IMG/VR virus record: IMGVR_UViG_3300031555_001322
Length of the DNA: 33,101 bases
Direction: 5' to 3' (one strand)
From: a virus
Positions 1 to 7,410 of this stretch are shown here, in pieces; position 1 is the first letter of the stretch; each line of letters starts with the position of its first letter. A model generated the notes under the pieces. It saw only the letters and a program-made list of their open reading frames with translations. It was not told the origin of the DNA and did not search any database. Position numbers and translations under genes: made by a program.

Positions 1-145
1 CCGTTGATAGCATTTTCTATAACCATTATTTTTTCTCCATCATTTAATCCATATTCATTTAATTTATTTATTAATCTTTTAACTACTGTTTCATTTACTA
101 CATATTTATTTTTTATTCTTATATCTAAATATTCTTCTAATAATT
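1..145. repeat. Left copy of ~145-bp terminal direct repeat (circular/terminally redundant contig)
   Basis: ccgttgatagcattttctataacc... recurs from 32957 to the window end with one apparent substitution (a127 vs t~33083). Confidence 0.93.
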
Positions 146-527
146 TATATATACTATCTTTATTATTTATATTATTAATAATTAAATTATTAAATAAAAA
201 TATAAAATTAGAAATATATATTTGGTTTTTATTTGGGTTATCTTTTGGGTTTTTATTTGGCTTTTTATTTGGGTTATCTTTTTGGTTTTCTTCTTTTTTT
301 GGTCTACCACCTTTTGAACCATTCAATATTTGCTTTTTAATATTTGCTAATGGTAATTTAATATTATTCCAAATAGCTAAATTCATTCCTGCTAACTCTA
401 TTGGTTCTATATCTTTAAATATAAAATCGACTATAACTTCTAACATTAATCTTTTATCTTCTATTTGTAGATTATCTAATAATTCATAATAATTTTTATA
501 AAATGGAAATTGTTTTATATCATTCAT
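1..527 (-). CDS. Phage replication initiator / DUF6291-like replisome organizer, N-terminal part (continues across the junction at 32803..33101)
   Basis: Minus frame reads MNDIKQFPFYKNYYELLDNLQIEDKRLMLEVIVDFIFKDIEPIELAGMNLAIWNNIKLPLANIKKQILNGSKGGRPKKEENQKDNPNKKPNKNPKDNPNKN...; it stays open to base 1 and so is absent from the ORF track. Family pattern: IW..I...L......GG.GGRPKK..NP. Confidence 0.75.
   Translation of the reverse strand, partial: MNDIKQFPFYKNYYELLDNLQIEDKRLMLEVIVDFIFKDIEPIELAGMNLAIWNNIKLPLANIKKQILNGSKGGRPKKEENQKDNPNKKPNKNPKDNPNKNQIYISNFIFLFNNLIINNINNKDSIYKLLEEYLDIRIKNKYVVNETVVKRLINKLNEYGLNDGEKIMVIENAIN
221..289. repeat. Short iterated repeats inside the replication-initiator gene
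   Basis: Plus strand: gggttatctttt at 235-246 and 271-282 (36-bp period); tttttatttgg unit recurs at ~226, 250 and 262. Confidence 0.7.
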
Positions 528-993
528 TTTTTTCTCTTATATAATTTAATATTTCATTAGCACATTTAATAGGTTCATTGTATATTTTAGAACCACTAAA
601 TCTTAATATTTCATATTTTTCCATTTTTAAATCATATTCTCTTTGATTATCATAATCTACCTGTTTTTTAGTCTTTTGATGAAAATCATATCCATCACAT
701 TCAATTATTAATTGAAAATCTTTTTTTAAAAAACTATTAACAAATTCATCTCCAAATATTAAAAAGTCAACTATATATTTTTTATTTTCTGTTTGTATTT
801 CATATTGTGGTTCAAAATATAATCCATCTTTTGTTTCTATAACTAATGCAGTTGCTAATATTTTTTCTATTGGACTATCACAATAGCCACAATATAATAA
901 AATACTATCTAATAATTTTAAATCAATGTCATCTAAATTATCAAATATTAATTCTTTTGCTTTTAATGGTAGTTTTTCAAATTCTTCTAACAT
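520..993 (-). CDS. DUF559/Vsr-like PD-(D/E)XK endonuclease-domain protein
   Basis: SPIEKILATAL....QYEI...YIVDFLI.....LIIECDGYDFHQKTKKQVDYDNQREYDLKMEKYEILRFSGSKI; stop overlaps the next start (ATGAATGA). Confidence 0.65.
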   Translation of the reverse strand: MLEEFEKLPLKAKELIFDNLDDIDLKLLDSILLYCGYCDSPIEKILATALVIETKDGLYFEPQYEIQTENKKYIVDFLIFGDEFVNSFLKKDFQLIIECDGYDFHQKTKKQVDYDNQREYDLKMEKYEILRFSGSKIYNEPIKCANEILNYIREKNE

Positions 994-995
994 AT

Positions 996-1151
996 TTATT
1001 CTCCTTTTTTAATTGGTTTTAAAATTATCTTATCCTGATATATTTCCATATAGAAACGATTTCCCCATTGTTCTATAATAGCTTTAGGAATAATCATTTT
1101 ATTGGTAGTTTTATCAGCATTTTTTTGATAAACTAATATTGGTTTTTCCAT
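996..1151 (-). CDS. Small AbrB/SpoVT-like DNA-binding protein (51 aa)
   Basis: MEKPILVYQKNADKTTNKMIIPKAIIEQWGNRFYMEIYQDKIILKPIKKGE; GGAGGT RBS; swapped-hairpin-like pattern IPKAII..WGN.FYMEI...KIILKP. Missed by the ORF track because it is short. Confidence 0.6.
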   Translation of the reverse strand: MEKPILVYQKNADKTTNKMIIPKAIIEQWGNRFYMEIYQDKIILKPIKKGE

Positions 1152-1174
1152 TCTTTTACCTCCTTTATAATACC

Positions 1175-1207
1175 ATTTTAATACTTGTTATAGGTATTGT
1201 CAATACC
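1175..1207 (-). promoter_or_regulatory. Sigma-A-type promoter with a palindromic operator over the -35
   Basis: Minus strand: TTGACA (1203-1198), 17 bp, TAAAAT (1180-1175). The -35 lies inside the perfect inverted repeat GGTATTG-A-CAATACC (1193-1207). Confidence 0.7.
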
Positions 1208-1251
1208 CAAAATAAAGAGAGAATGTCAATTTATGACAACCCCCCAATCGT

Positions 1252-1413
1252 CTATTTAAAAATTATATAAATTAATAATATTATTTCCATAATAATTGCT
1301 AATATACTTACTAACATTTGTTTTTTATTATTTTTATATTCTATTGTATTTAATATGCCACCTATAATTGATAATGTTAAAAATATAATTAATATCCATT
1401 TTAATATTATCAT
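1252..1413 (-). CDS. Small membrane protein (53 aa)
   Basis: MIILKWILIIFLTLSIIGGILNTIEYKNNKKQMLVSILAIIMEIILLIYIIFK; GGAGGT RBS; two hydrophobic segments. Confidence 0.55.
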   Translation of the reverse strand: MIILKWILIIFLTLSIIGGILNTIEYKNNKKQMLVSILAIIMEIILLIYIIFK

Positions 1414-1421
1414 AATACCTC

Positions 1422-1751
1422 CTAATTATTATATTCTCTTTGTAATTGACTTTCAATGATCCTTATTTGTAATTTAATTGAGTTTATCGCTTCTTGATTA
1501 GCTTTATATACAGTTTCAGCAATATCTCTTTTAAACCTTGCTTCTGCTACACTTGGTATTCCATAACAAGTTAATGTTATTACGCCTATCGCTTGTCCTT
1601 CATCTCTTAATTTAAGTATTTCTTGTCTTAATAGTATCTTATAATCTCTTTCTGCTTCTGCATAGGTTGTTCCTGTTTCTCTTAATTTTTTTATTGATAT
1701 ATTAAGTTCTTCTGTTTTTCTTGTCAGTTCATTTGCTAAATCCATAAGCAC
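1422..1751 (-). CDS. Conserved-looking phage hypothetical protein (109 aa)
   Basis: ORF track; packed directly after SSB, with the SSB stop and this ATG separated by GTGCTT. Confidence 0.6.
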   Translation of the reverse strand: MLMDLANELTRKTEELNISIKKLRETGTTYAEAERDYKILLRQEILKLRDEGQAIGVITLTCYGIPSVAEARFKRDIAETVYKANQEAINSIKLQIRIIESQLQREYNN

Positions 1752-2153
1752 CTACCAAGGCAAATCGCTTTCATCATATTCTACTGATTGTTTTACTTCA
1801 GTTTTTTCTTTTACATTTTTAAACTCGTTTTCTTCTTTCTTTTGTTGTAAAAATGTTATTTTTTTACATATTACTTCAGTAATATATACTTTATGTCCAT
1901 CTTTTTCATAACTTCCTGTTTGTATTCTTCCACTTAATCCAAGCAAATCTCCTTTTTTAGAATATTTACTTACTGTTTCAGCTATCGAACCAAATACCTT
2001 ACAATTTATGAAATCAGCTTCATATTCGCCTTTATCATTTTTATAATCTCTATTTACTGCAATACTAAATGTTGCTACTGGTGTTTCATTAGTTGTGTAT
2101 TTTAATTCACAATCCTTTGTTAATCTTCCTACTAAAATTATACTATTAATCAT
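1752..2153 (-). CDS. ssb: Single-stranded DNA-binding protein
   Basis: MINSIILVGRLTKDCELKYTTNETPVATFSIAVNRDYKNDKGEYEADFINCKVFGSIAETVSKYSKKGDLLGLSGRIQTGSYEKDG...; acidic tail ending DESDLPW. Confidence 0.95.
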   Translation of the reverse strand: MINSIILVGRLTKDCELKYTTNETPVATFSIAVNRDYKNDKGEYEADFINCKVFGSIAETVSKYSKKGDLLGLSGRIQTGSYEKDGHKVYITEVICKKITFLQQKKEENEFKNVKEKTEVKQSVEYDESDLPW

Positions 2154-2355
2154 TTTTACCTCCTAATTTAATAGTTCTATTTTTATTTTTTTTATAATCT
2201 ATAAATCCTTTATCTTTTAATGTAGATAGTCTATAATAAACTGATGCTACACTTATATTTAATATATTTGCAAGTTCTCTCATACTTGGAGAATAGTTAT
2301 GTTCCCAAATATAATCTCTTATAGTATTATATGTTTGATATTCTTTTTCAGTCAT
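2146..2355 (-). CDS. LexA-type winged-HTH DNA-binding protein (69 aa, no protease domain)
   Basis: MTEKEYQTYNTIRDYIWEHNYSPSMRELANILNISVASVYYRLSTLKDKGFIDYKKNKNRTIKL resembles the LexA N-terminal domain. Confidence 0.75.
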   Translation of the reverse strand: MTEKEYQTYNTIRDYIWEHNYSPSMRELANILNISVASVYYRLSTLKDKGFIDYKKNKNRTIKLGGKND

Positions 2356-2783
2356 TATTCCTCCATAATAGATTTATAGATTTCTTTTTCACTTTTATTA
2401 AGTTTTAATGTCATTTGTCTATTAAGTCTTGCTTTTTTTCTTATTCTTGAATAAGTCTTTAACATTTTCATTGATCTTTTATATAAATGTTCTAATGTGT
2501 CATATACTTCTTCTTTATTAGTAGCTATCCAATACCCTCCGTGTTTTCCTGCTTCACTACACACTATTAATTGATAATCCATATTATCTCTTATACTTTC
2601 TATATGACTTCTTAATGTTTTATTATCATTTATATTGAACTTATCCATTAATATACTTGATTTTACCCTTTTAGAGTATCCTACGGCGTTTTTTTGTAAA
2701 TAGTAGTATATTCTATCGTCTAAATTGTTTCGTGGCTCTACGGGGCTTTTAAATACCTTTTTAAATATGCTTATTTTTTTCAT
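2355..2783 (-). CDS. Hypothetical protein, possible winged-helix regulator
   Basis: 142-aa ORF overlapping its neighbours; SSILMDKFNINDNKTLRSHIESIRDN..Y.I.......GYWIATNKEE pattern. Confidence 0.45.
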   Translation of the reverse strand: MKKISIFKKVFKSPVEPRNNLDDRIYYYLQKNAVGYSKRVKSSILMDKFNINDNKTLRSHIESIRDNMDYQLIVCSEAGKHGGYWIATNKEEVYDTLEHLYKRSMKMLKTYSRIRKKARLNRQMTLKLNKSEKEIYKSIMEE

Positions 2784-2982
2784 ACTCTTTTATCCCTATC
2801 GTTTCCTTTTCTACAACTATTTTTATATTTTGTTTTTTTATTCTATTTTTTAAGTCTTTATATTGTTCGGTTCTTAATAATCCTAACTGCCATTGTACAC
2901 TTGGAGAAAAAATTATTAAGCAATCATTCAATGATGGTAGTTCTCTAATAAAATTAAATAAATTAACATACCTTTTTATCAT
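2761..2982 (-). CDS. Hypothetical protein (73 aa)
   Basis: ORF track; overlapping operon position. Confidence 0.45.
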   Translation of the reverse strand: MIKRYVNLFNFIRELPSLNDCLIIFSPSVQWQLGLLRTEQYKDLKNRIKKQNIKIVVEKETIGIKEYEKNKHI

Positions 2983-3310
2983 TTTTTCTTTTCCTTTTTA
3001 GTGGTCGCATTTCTTCTGCTATAACTCTTTTCAATTCCTTTCTTTCATTTTTTAATTTTTGGTTTTCTTTTTGTAATTCTATATTTTGTATTACTAATGT
3101 TTGTACTGTTTCTAAAGCTACTATTCTTTCTTTTCTTTCAGTGTTAGCATCGTTTTCATTTTTATTAGCAATTTTACGATACTTTCTTACATCAAAATAA
3201 TCATTTATTTTGTGTTTGATTTTTTTAAACATAACTACTTTATCACTTAATATTACTGCCAAGATAAGTATAAGTAATATAGCAATTATTATCCATATTG
3301 TTTTTAACAT
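2963..3310 (-). CDS. Membrane-anchored coiled-coil protein (115 aa)
   Basis: N-terminal TM segment IWIIIAILLILILAVILSD, then a charged coiled-coil-like region. Confidence 0.5.
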   Translation of the reverse strand: MLKTIWIIIAILLILILAVILSDKVVMFKKIKHKINDYFDVRKYRKIANKNENDANTERKERIVALETVQTLVIQNIELQKENQKLKNERKELKRVIAEEMRPLKRKRKNDKKVC

Positions 3311-3311
3311 A

Positions 3312-3479
3312 CTATTTTAATATCCTTTCTAGTTCCTTAATTAATATTTTATTTTCTTTTAATATTCTTGCTCGTTCGTTTTCGTATCTATTTTTTATGT
3401 TTTTCTCAATTAAACTCATTATTAAAATAAACAAAGATATAAAAGATATAATTGTGATTATTAACATTATTTTTAACAT
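3312..3479 (-). CDS. Small membrane protein (55 aa)
   Basis: Minus frame MLKIMLIITIISFISLFILIMSLIEKN...NERARILKENKILIKELERILK* (approximate translation); preceded by GGAGAAATAGT; not in the ORF track. Confidence 0.45.
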   Translation of the reverse strand: MLKIMLIITIISFISLFILIMSLIEKNIKNRYENERARILKENKILIKELERILK

Positions 3480-3480
3480 A

Positions 3481-3690
3481 CTATTTCTCCTTTATTTCTT
3501 CAATTATTGCTGCAAGTTCTAAATCTTCAGGTCTAGCTCTTAATAATAAGAACTTTTGTAGTATTTCTATTGGTAGCATTCTTTTACCATTTTCATAATT
3601 ACGATAAGCAGGAATACTACAACCCAACTTATCAGCCATTTCTTTTTGTCCCATATCGCTATCTATACGATATTCTTTTAATAATGTCAT
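3481..3690 (-). CDS. XRE/Cro-type helix-turn-helix protein (69 aa)
   Basis: MGQKEMADKLGCSIPAYRNYENGKRMLPIEILQKF is a canonical HTH_3 pattern. Confidence 0.75.
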   Translation of the reverse strand: MTLLKEYRIDSDMGQKEMADKLGCSIPAYRNYENGKRMLPIEILQKFLLLRARPEDLELAAIIEEIKEK

Positions 3691-3699
3691 TTTACCTCC

Positions 3700-3861
3700 T
3701 TATTTGTCGCATTCGCTATCACTTACTAATGTAAATGATCCGTTATTTATTCTTTGTATTCTATTACTGTATATTAACATACCACCTATTACAACAATAA
3801 CCATTAAAGCTGTCATTATAATTAATTTTGTTTTTTCATTAAATAATTTCAATTTCTTCAT
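3700..3861 (-). CDS. Small membrane protein (53 aa)
   Basis: MKKLKLFNEKTKLIIMTALMVIVVIGGMLIYSNRIQRINNGSFTLVSDSECDK*; GGAG RBS; opposite the plus ORF 3704..3901. Confidence 0.5.
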   Translation of the reverse strand: MKKLKLFNEKTKLIIMTALMVIVVIGGMLIYSNRIQRINNGSFTLVSDSECDK

Positions 3862-3911
3862 CTCCTTCTATTCTTTTATAATCAAACCTTTATACCAATA
3901 ATCATATTTAT

Positions 3912-4115
3912 TCATTTTTCTATTCTCCTCATACTACTATTTTTCATAAACCAATCTACATCTTCTATTATACTTTCTAATGTTCCTACTTTTTTATACC
4001 AGTCATAACTATCAAATAACATATTATCTAAATCTATTACCCATTTTGTTTTATCCTCTTTTGTAACCAACCATAATCCTTTCATTTGTAATATTTTCTC
4101 TTTCATTTTATTCAT
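3912..4115 (-). CDS. Hypothetical protein (67 aa)
   Basis: ORF track; operon position. Confidence 0.45.
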   Translation of the reverse strand: MNKMKEKILQMKGLWLVTKEDKTKWVIDLDNMLFDSYDWYKKVGTLESIIEDVDWFMKNSSMRRIEK

Positions 4116-4203
4116 CTCCTTTTAAACATTCTTTTAAATCTTCTCTTATTTCTTGTAATATCTTTATAATGTTTTCATAGTATTGTTTTTCTTCTTCACT
4201 CAT
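4108..4203 (-). CDS. Very small protein (31 aa)
   Basis: MSEEEKQYYENIIKILQEIREDLKECLKGDE*; AAAGGAAAG RBS; stop overlaps the next start region. Confidence 0.4.
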   Translation of the reverse strand: MSEEEKQYYENIIKILQEIREDLKECLKGDE

Positions 4204-4217
4204 ACTCTTTCCTTTCT

Positions 4218-4247
4218 CCCTTTCGGGAAGGACTATTTCTAGTCCTT
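4218..4247 (-). promoter_or_regulatory. Two adjacent GAAA-tetraloop hairpins in an intercistronic leader
   Basis: Minus RNA: AAGGACTA-GAAA-TAGTCCTT followed directly by CCC-GAAA-GGG; no U-run, so not a terminator. Confidence 0.6.
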
Positions 4248-4440
4248 ATTTATCTTCTTTTGTTATTTTTACCAAAGTCCATAATCCTTTGTCGATTTCT
4301 TCTCTTTTAAGTTTTAGTTCGTCTTTTAATTCTTCGTATGCCATTTCATATTCTTTATAACCTTTAGAAAAATTAATTTCTTTTAATGTGTAGAAATCGT
4401 GATATACTTCCCATAGTTCCATTCCTATCTCTCCTTTCAT
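4246..4440 (-). CDS. Hypothetical protein, first gene after the early promoter (64 aa)
   Basis: ORF track; immediately downstream of the consensus promoter. Confidence 0.45.
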   Translation of the reverse strand: MKGEIGMELWEVYHDFYTLKEINFSKGYKEYEMAYEELKDELKLKREEIDKGLWTLVKITKEDK

Positions 4441-4451
4441 ATTACACCTTA

Positions 4452-4491
4452 ATTATACTATACATTTGTATCTTTGTCAATACATTTGTGT
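4452..4491 (-). promoter_or_regulatory. Consensus early promoter with two spaced operator-like sites
   Basis: Minus: TTGACA (4480-4475), 17 bp, TATAAT (4457-4452). Half-palindromic sites ATACAAATGTAT at 4460-4471 and ACACAAATGTAT at 4480-4491, exactly 20 bp apart. Confidence 0.85.
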
Positions 4492-4519
4492 CATTTTTTT
4501 AAACTTTTTTGTGTAAAGT

Positions 4520-4548
4520 AAAAAAAGACTTATTTTGTAAGCCTTTTT
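4520..4548 (-). terminator. Rho-independent terminator ending the late/lysis transcript
   Basis: Minus: AAAAAGGCTTA-CAAAA-TAAGTCTTTTTTT; stem with one G-U pair and a U7 tract; overlaps the stop codon of the 93-aa gene. Confidence 0.85.
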
Positions 4549-4811
4549 ACCTTTTGCATCATATCAGTTTTTAATTCTACACAAGATTTTTCTTTCAATT
4601 TTTCGTTAAAGTTTTCTACATAAGAAGTATATTCTTCTATTCCTCTAATAAATCCTCTTAAGTTATCTCCATCTTGCCTACTTTCTATAATTAAAAATCT
4701 TGCTTCTAGATCACTTCTAAAGTAATCTCCCATTGTATCTATTATATCTTGTTCACTTTCTGATATATCTACCATTTTTCTTGTACCTTTATCAGTATAT
4801 AATTTAAACAT
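4530..4811 (-). CDS. Hypothetical protein (93 aa)
   Basis: ORF track; last gene of the late transcript. Confidence 0.5.
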   Translation of the reverse strand: MFKLYTDKGTRKMVDISESEQDIIDTMGDYFRSDLEARFLIIESRQDGDNLRGFIRGIEEYTSYVENFNEKLKEKSCVELKTDMMQKVKRLTK

Positions 4812-4820
4812 TTTGTCCTC

Positions 4821-5837
4821 CTAATATTTAAAGCCGTAATGTTCTGCAGTAGCTAAGGTTTTTGCACCAAAGTTTCCATCTATTACATCATTATAGATAT
4901 GGTCTTCTTTTCCTATTGTTTGTAAAGCCTTTGTTCCATATACAGTAAATATTCCATAATAATTTCCTTTTACTTCATTAGCTAAGAAGTTATTTATTTT
5001 AGCAATATCGCTTCCTTTATCTCCTTCGTGATAATATGTCTTTGATGGTTTTACTGATTTGTCTAATCCCATTTCTTTCATTTTGTTTAATGTATTAGTT
5101 CCTATGTTGCCATCAATTCCACCTGGTATTTTATATTTATCTTGGAATGCCATTGTTAAGAACTTAGTATATTTACCAAAATAATCTCCTAGAACTTTAC
5201 TAACATAGAAATCATCTATTAGTTGCACATTTCCATCTTGGTCGCCTTCTTGATACCAACCTCTTGCTGGTAAGAAATCATTATAATCAATATTGTCAGT
5301 ATGTTGGAAGTTAATTCCTTTTGTATCTACTGTTTTACTAAACTTATCATATATATAACATACTTCTTCAGGTTTTTTACAATCTCCTGTATCTACCCAA
5401 GAACCTTTGCTATTGCATACCCAGTTATCACTATATCCTCTACCATATACGCAATGTAAGTGATTTGCTTTAGCTCCTGAAGTTCCTTCCCAAGTAATAA
5501 CTTGTCCTGCTGGTACTACATCTCCAACTTTCCATTTCATAGCATTATCATTAAAATGTGTTAATGACATAAATACTGTGTCAATAAATGTAGGCGTTTT
5601 AACCTTTTCAGTTGATACTAACCACACTGTGTTAGTTATTTTAGGATTTCCTACACCTTTTATTGCAGTTATTTTCATTGGTACTGGTGCGAAATAACAA
5701 CTTTGCCCACCATCTGCTCCTGCTAAATCGATTGGAAAATCAGCTGGCGAACCGTGTGAGTGGTTATAATGCGACTCAGTTCCATTATAGTTTTGTGTAA
5801 TACGGATTGTTTCCATTCCTAAATAAAACTTTTTCAT
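4821..5837 (-). CDS. Endolysin: M23-like peptidase domain plus C-terminal peptidoglycan-binding-like repeats
   Basis: YNGTESHYNHSHGSPADFPIDLAGADGG...LTHFND....KVGDVVPAGQVITWEGTSGAKANHLHCVYG; C-terminal IDGNIGTNTLNKM / IDGNFGAKTLATA resemble PG-binding modules; next to a holin. Confidence 0.8.
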   Translation of the reverse strand: MKKFYLGMETIRITQNYNGTESHYNHSHGSPADFPIDLAGADGGQSCYFAPVPMKITAIKGVGNPKITNTVWLVSTEKVKTPTFIDTVFMSLTHFNDNAMKWKVGDVVPAGQVITWEGTSGAKANHLHCVYGRGYSDNWVCNSKGSWVDTGDCKKPEEVCYIYDKFSKTVDTKGINFQHTDNIDYNDFLPARGWYQEGDQDGNVQLIDDFYVSKVLGDYFGKYTKFLTMAFQDKYKIPGGIDGNIGTNTLNKMKEMGLDKSVKPSKTYYHEGDKGSDIAKINNFLANEVKGNYYGIFTVYGTKALQTIGKEDHIYNDVIDGNFGAKTLATAEHYGFKY

Positions 5838-5839
5838 AC

Positions 5840-6040
5840 TTATTCTCCTTTTTTATAGTTATAGTTTGATATTCCAGTAATAACACCTAAGAAAGTTGCT
5901 ACTGCACCAATAGTAAGTGTAATTACATCAGTTTCAAAATGATATATTTGTCCTAAAGTTCCTATTAAAGTAATTAAAGCAGGTGTAAATATTATTAAGA
6001 ACCATTTTAAAAATAGATAAACTTTTGAATTAAGTTTCAT
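5840..6040 (-). CDS. Holin (Dp-1-like small holin)
   Basis: 66 aa, LKWFLIIFTPALITLIGTLGQIYHFETDVITLTIGAVATFLGVITGISNYNYKKGE; adjacent to endolysin. Confidence 0.75.
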   Translation of the reverse strand: MKLNSKVYLFLKWFLIIFTPALITLIGTLGQIYHFETDVITLTIGAVATFLGVITGISNYNYKKGE

Positions 6041-6041
6041 A

Positions 6042-6437
6042 TTACTTTTCTCCTTTCTTTAATTGTTTCTCATAGTCTTCTTCTAATTTATGAACGAATA
6101 TTTTAACTGCCCCATTTCCACCTTTATCAATATATTCTTTTCCAACTGATACTCTTTCACTTAAAGGGATTGTTTCATTACATATAGTATTTTTCATAGT
6201 ATTAAGTGAGTTTTTGTTAAGTTCTTCCTTTAATATAGCTATTTCGTTTTTTGTTTCTTCGTGTTGTTTTATTCTTGCTTCTTCCATTGATTTTATTTTG
6301 ACATTAAATGGATCTAGTTGTTTATTTAATATTCCTTTACCTATCTTTAATGCAAACGCACATATCACACCACCAGCAGCTATCATACTAGCACAATTCG
6401 TTAAAAATGCTTGAAATTGTTCTATTGTTATGTTCAT
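6042..6437 (-). CDS. Holin-associated membrane/coiled-coil protein
   Basis: N-terminal TM segment plus amphipathic/coiled-coil region in the lysis cassette. Confidence 0.5.
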   Translation of the reverse strand: MNITIEQFQAFLTNCASMIAAGGVICAFALKIGKGILNKQLDPFNVKIKSMEEARIKQHEETKNEIAILKEELNKNSLNTMKNTICNETIPLSERVSVGKEYIDKGGNGAVKIFVHKLEEDYEKQLKKGEK

Positions 6438-6447
6438 AACTTATCCT

Positions 6448-6909
6448 TTAATTAAATAATCCTGTTTTATATCCTACAACATAAATAGGAATACACATAT
6501 TATTATTTGCTTGATTTGTGCTTCCAAATGCTTCAGTTGCAGTTCCAGCAGATAATTTTGTATCACTTGAATAACTTATATCTCTACGATAAACATAAGG
6601 ACCGTTTGTAGAATTACCTGCATTGAATATAAGAGTTGTTCCCAATCCTTTAGGTATTTTGCCCGTATTCATAGCTATACTTTGATTGTTATATGGTTTA
6701 TATATTATTTCATACATATCATAATTGCTGCTGTCCAAGTCTATATCTCCACCAGCGTAAGCACTTATTGGATTTGCATTAGTCCATAATATTGTTCCAC
6801 CAAATGCTTGATTACAATATTGTGTAGAATAAGCATTTATTTGACTATTATCATAAGCATTTACTACTGTTGCTCCTAATGGTCTTGTTTCACTTGTTTT
6901 TCTTATCAT
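6448..6909 (-). CDS. Tail tip/receptor-binding accessory protein
   Basis: Position between tail fibre and lysis genes; beta-rich composition. Confidence 0.45.
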   Translation of the reverse strand: MIRKTSETRPLGATVVNAYDNSQINAYSTQYCNQAFGGTILWTNANPISAYAGGDIDLDSSNYDMYEIIYKPYNNQSIAMNTGKIPKGLGTTLIFNAGNSTNGPYVYRRDISYSSDTKLSAGTATEAFGSTNQANNNMCIPIYVVGYKTGLFN

Positions 6910-6920
6910 AATTTAACCTC

Positions 6921-7397
6921 CTAACTTATTTTTGTGTATTCTACTATAATTGCATAATTATATGGTCTTTTTGGCCAATCACTACCACTTGTTACTGTTA
7001 TTTGTTTTTCACTAGGAGTGCTTAAATACCATCTTAAAAAATCTGATGAGTTATTATAGTAAGAAACACAGGCAGTATTGTTAGTGGAACTACCACTTGG
7101 TATTATTTTAACATACACGGATACATATTCATAAATAGTATCCGTTATATTAAGATTTGTTTCTTTTGTTGTTTGATTTGCTGGCATTGTCTCTAAAATA
7201 ACCTTTCTATAAATTGATTTACCATCTATCCATTTCTTACCCGTATCAATTTCAGTAGAAGAATAATCATTTACTTCTTCCCAACCAGTTGGTATTGTAT
7301 CTCCTGTATATTCTATTTGTGTTCCAACTGGCATACTATCTAATGCTTTTACATATATTTCTTCTAAGTTTCCCGTACTAGGATTTAATGCTTTCAT
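6921..7397 (-). CDS. Tail fibre/collar-like protein
   Basis: PVGTQIEYTGDTIPTGWEEVN is typical of tail fibre tips. Confidence 0.55.
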   Translation of the reverse strand: MKALNPSTGNLEEIYVKALDSMPVGTQIEYTGDTIPTGWEEVNDYSSTEIDTGKKWIDGKSIYRKVILETMPANQTTKETNLNITDTIYEYVSVYVKIIPSGSSTNNTACVSYYNNSSDFLRWYLSTPSEKQITVTSGSDWPKRPYNYAIIVEYTKIS

Positions 7398-7410
7398 ATT
7401 TTATTACCTC

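Noticed and set aside
221-289. CRISPR-like array
   Set aside because: Units are too short, spacers absent, and the repeats lie inside a coding sequence.
4-489. Plus-strand 161-aa ORF
   Set aside because: Low-complexity, hydrophobic reading opposite the replication-initiator gene; no credible RBS or family pattern.
1741-1756. Possible third copy of the GGTGCTTAT motif at the ssb stop
   Set aside because: Only the short motif matches; none of the flanking stems or loop complementarity is present.
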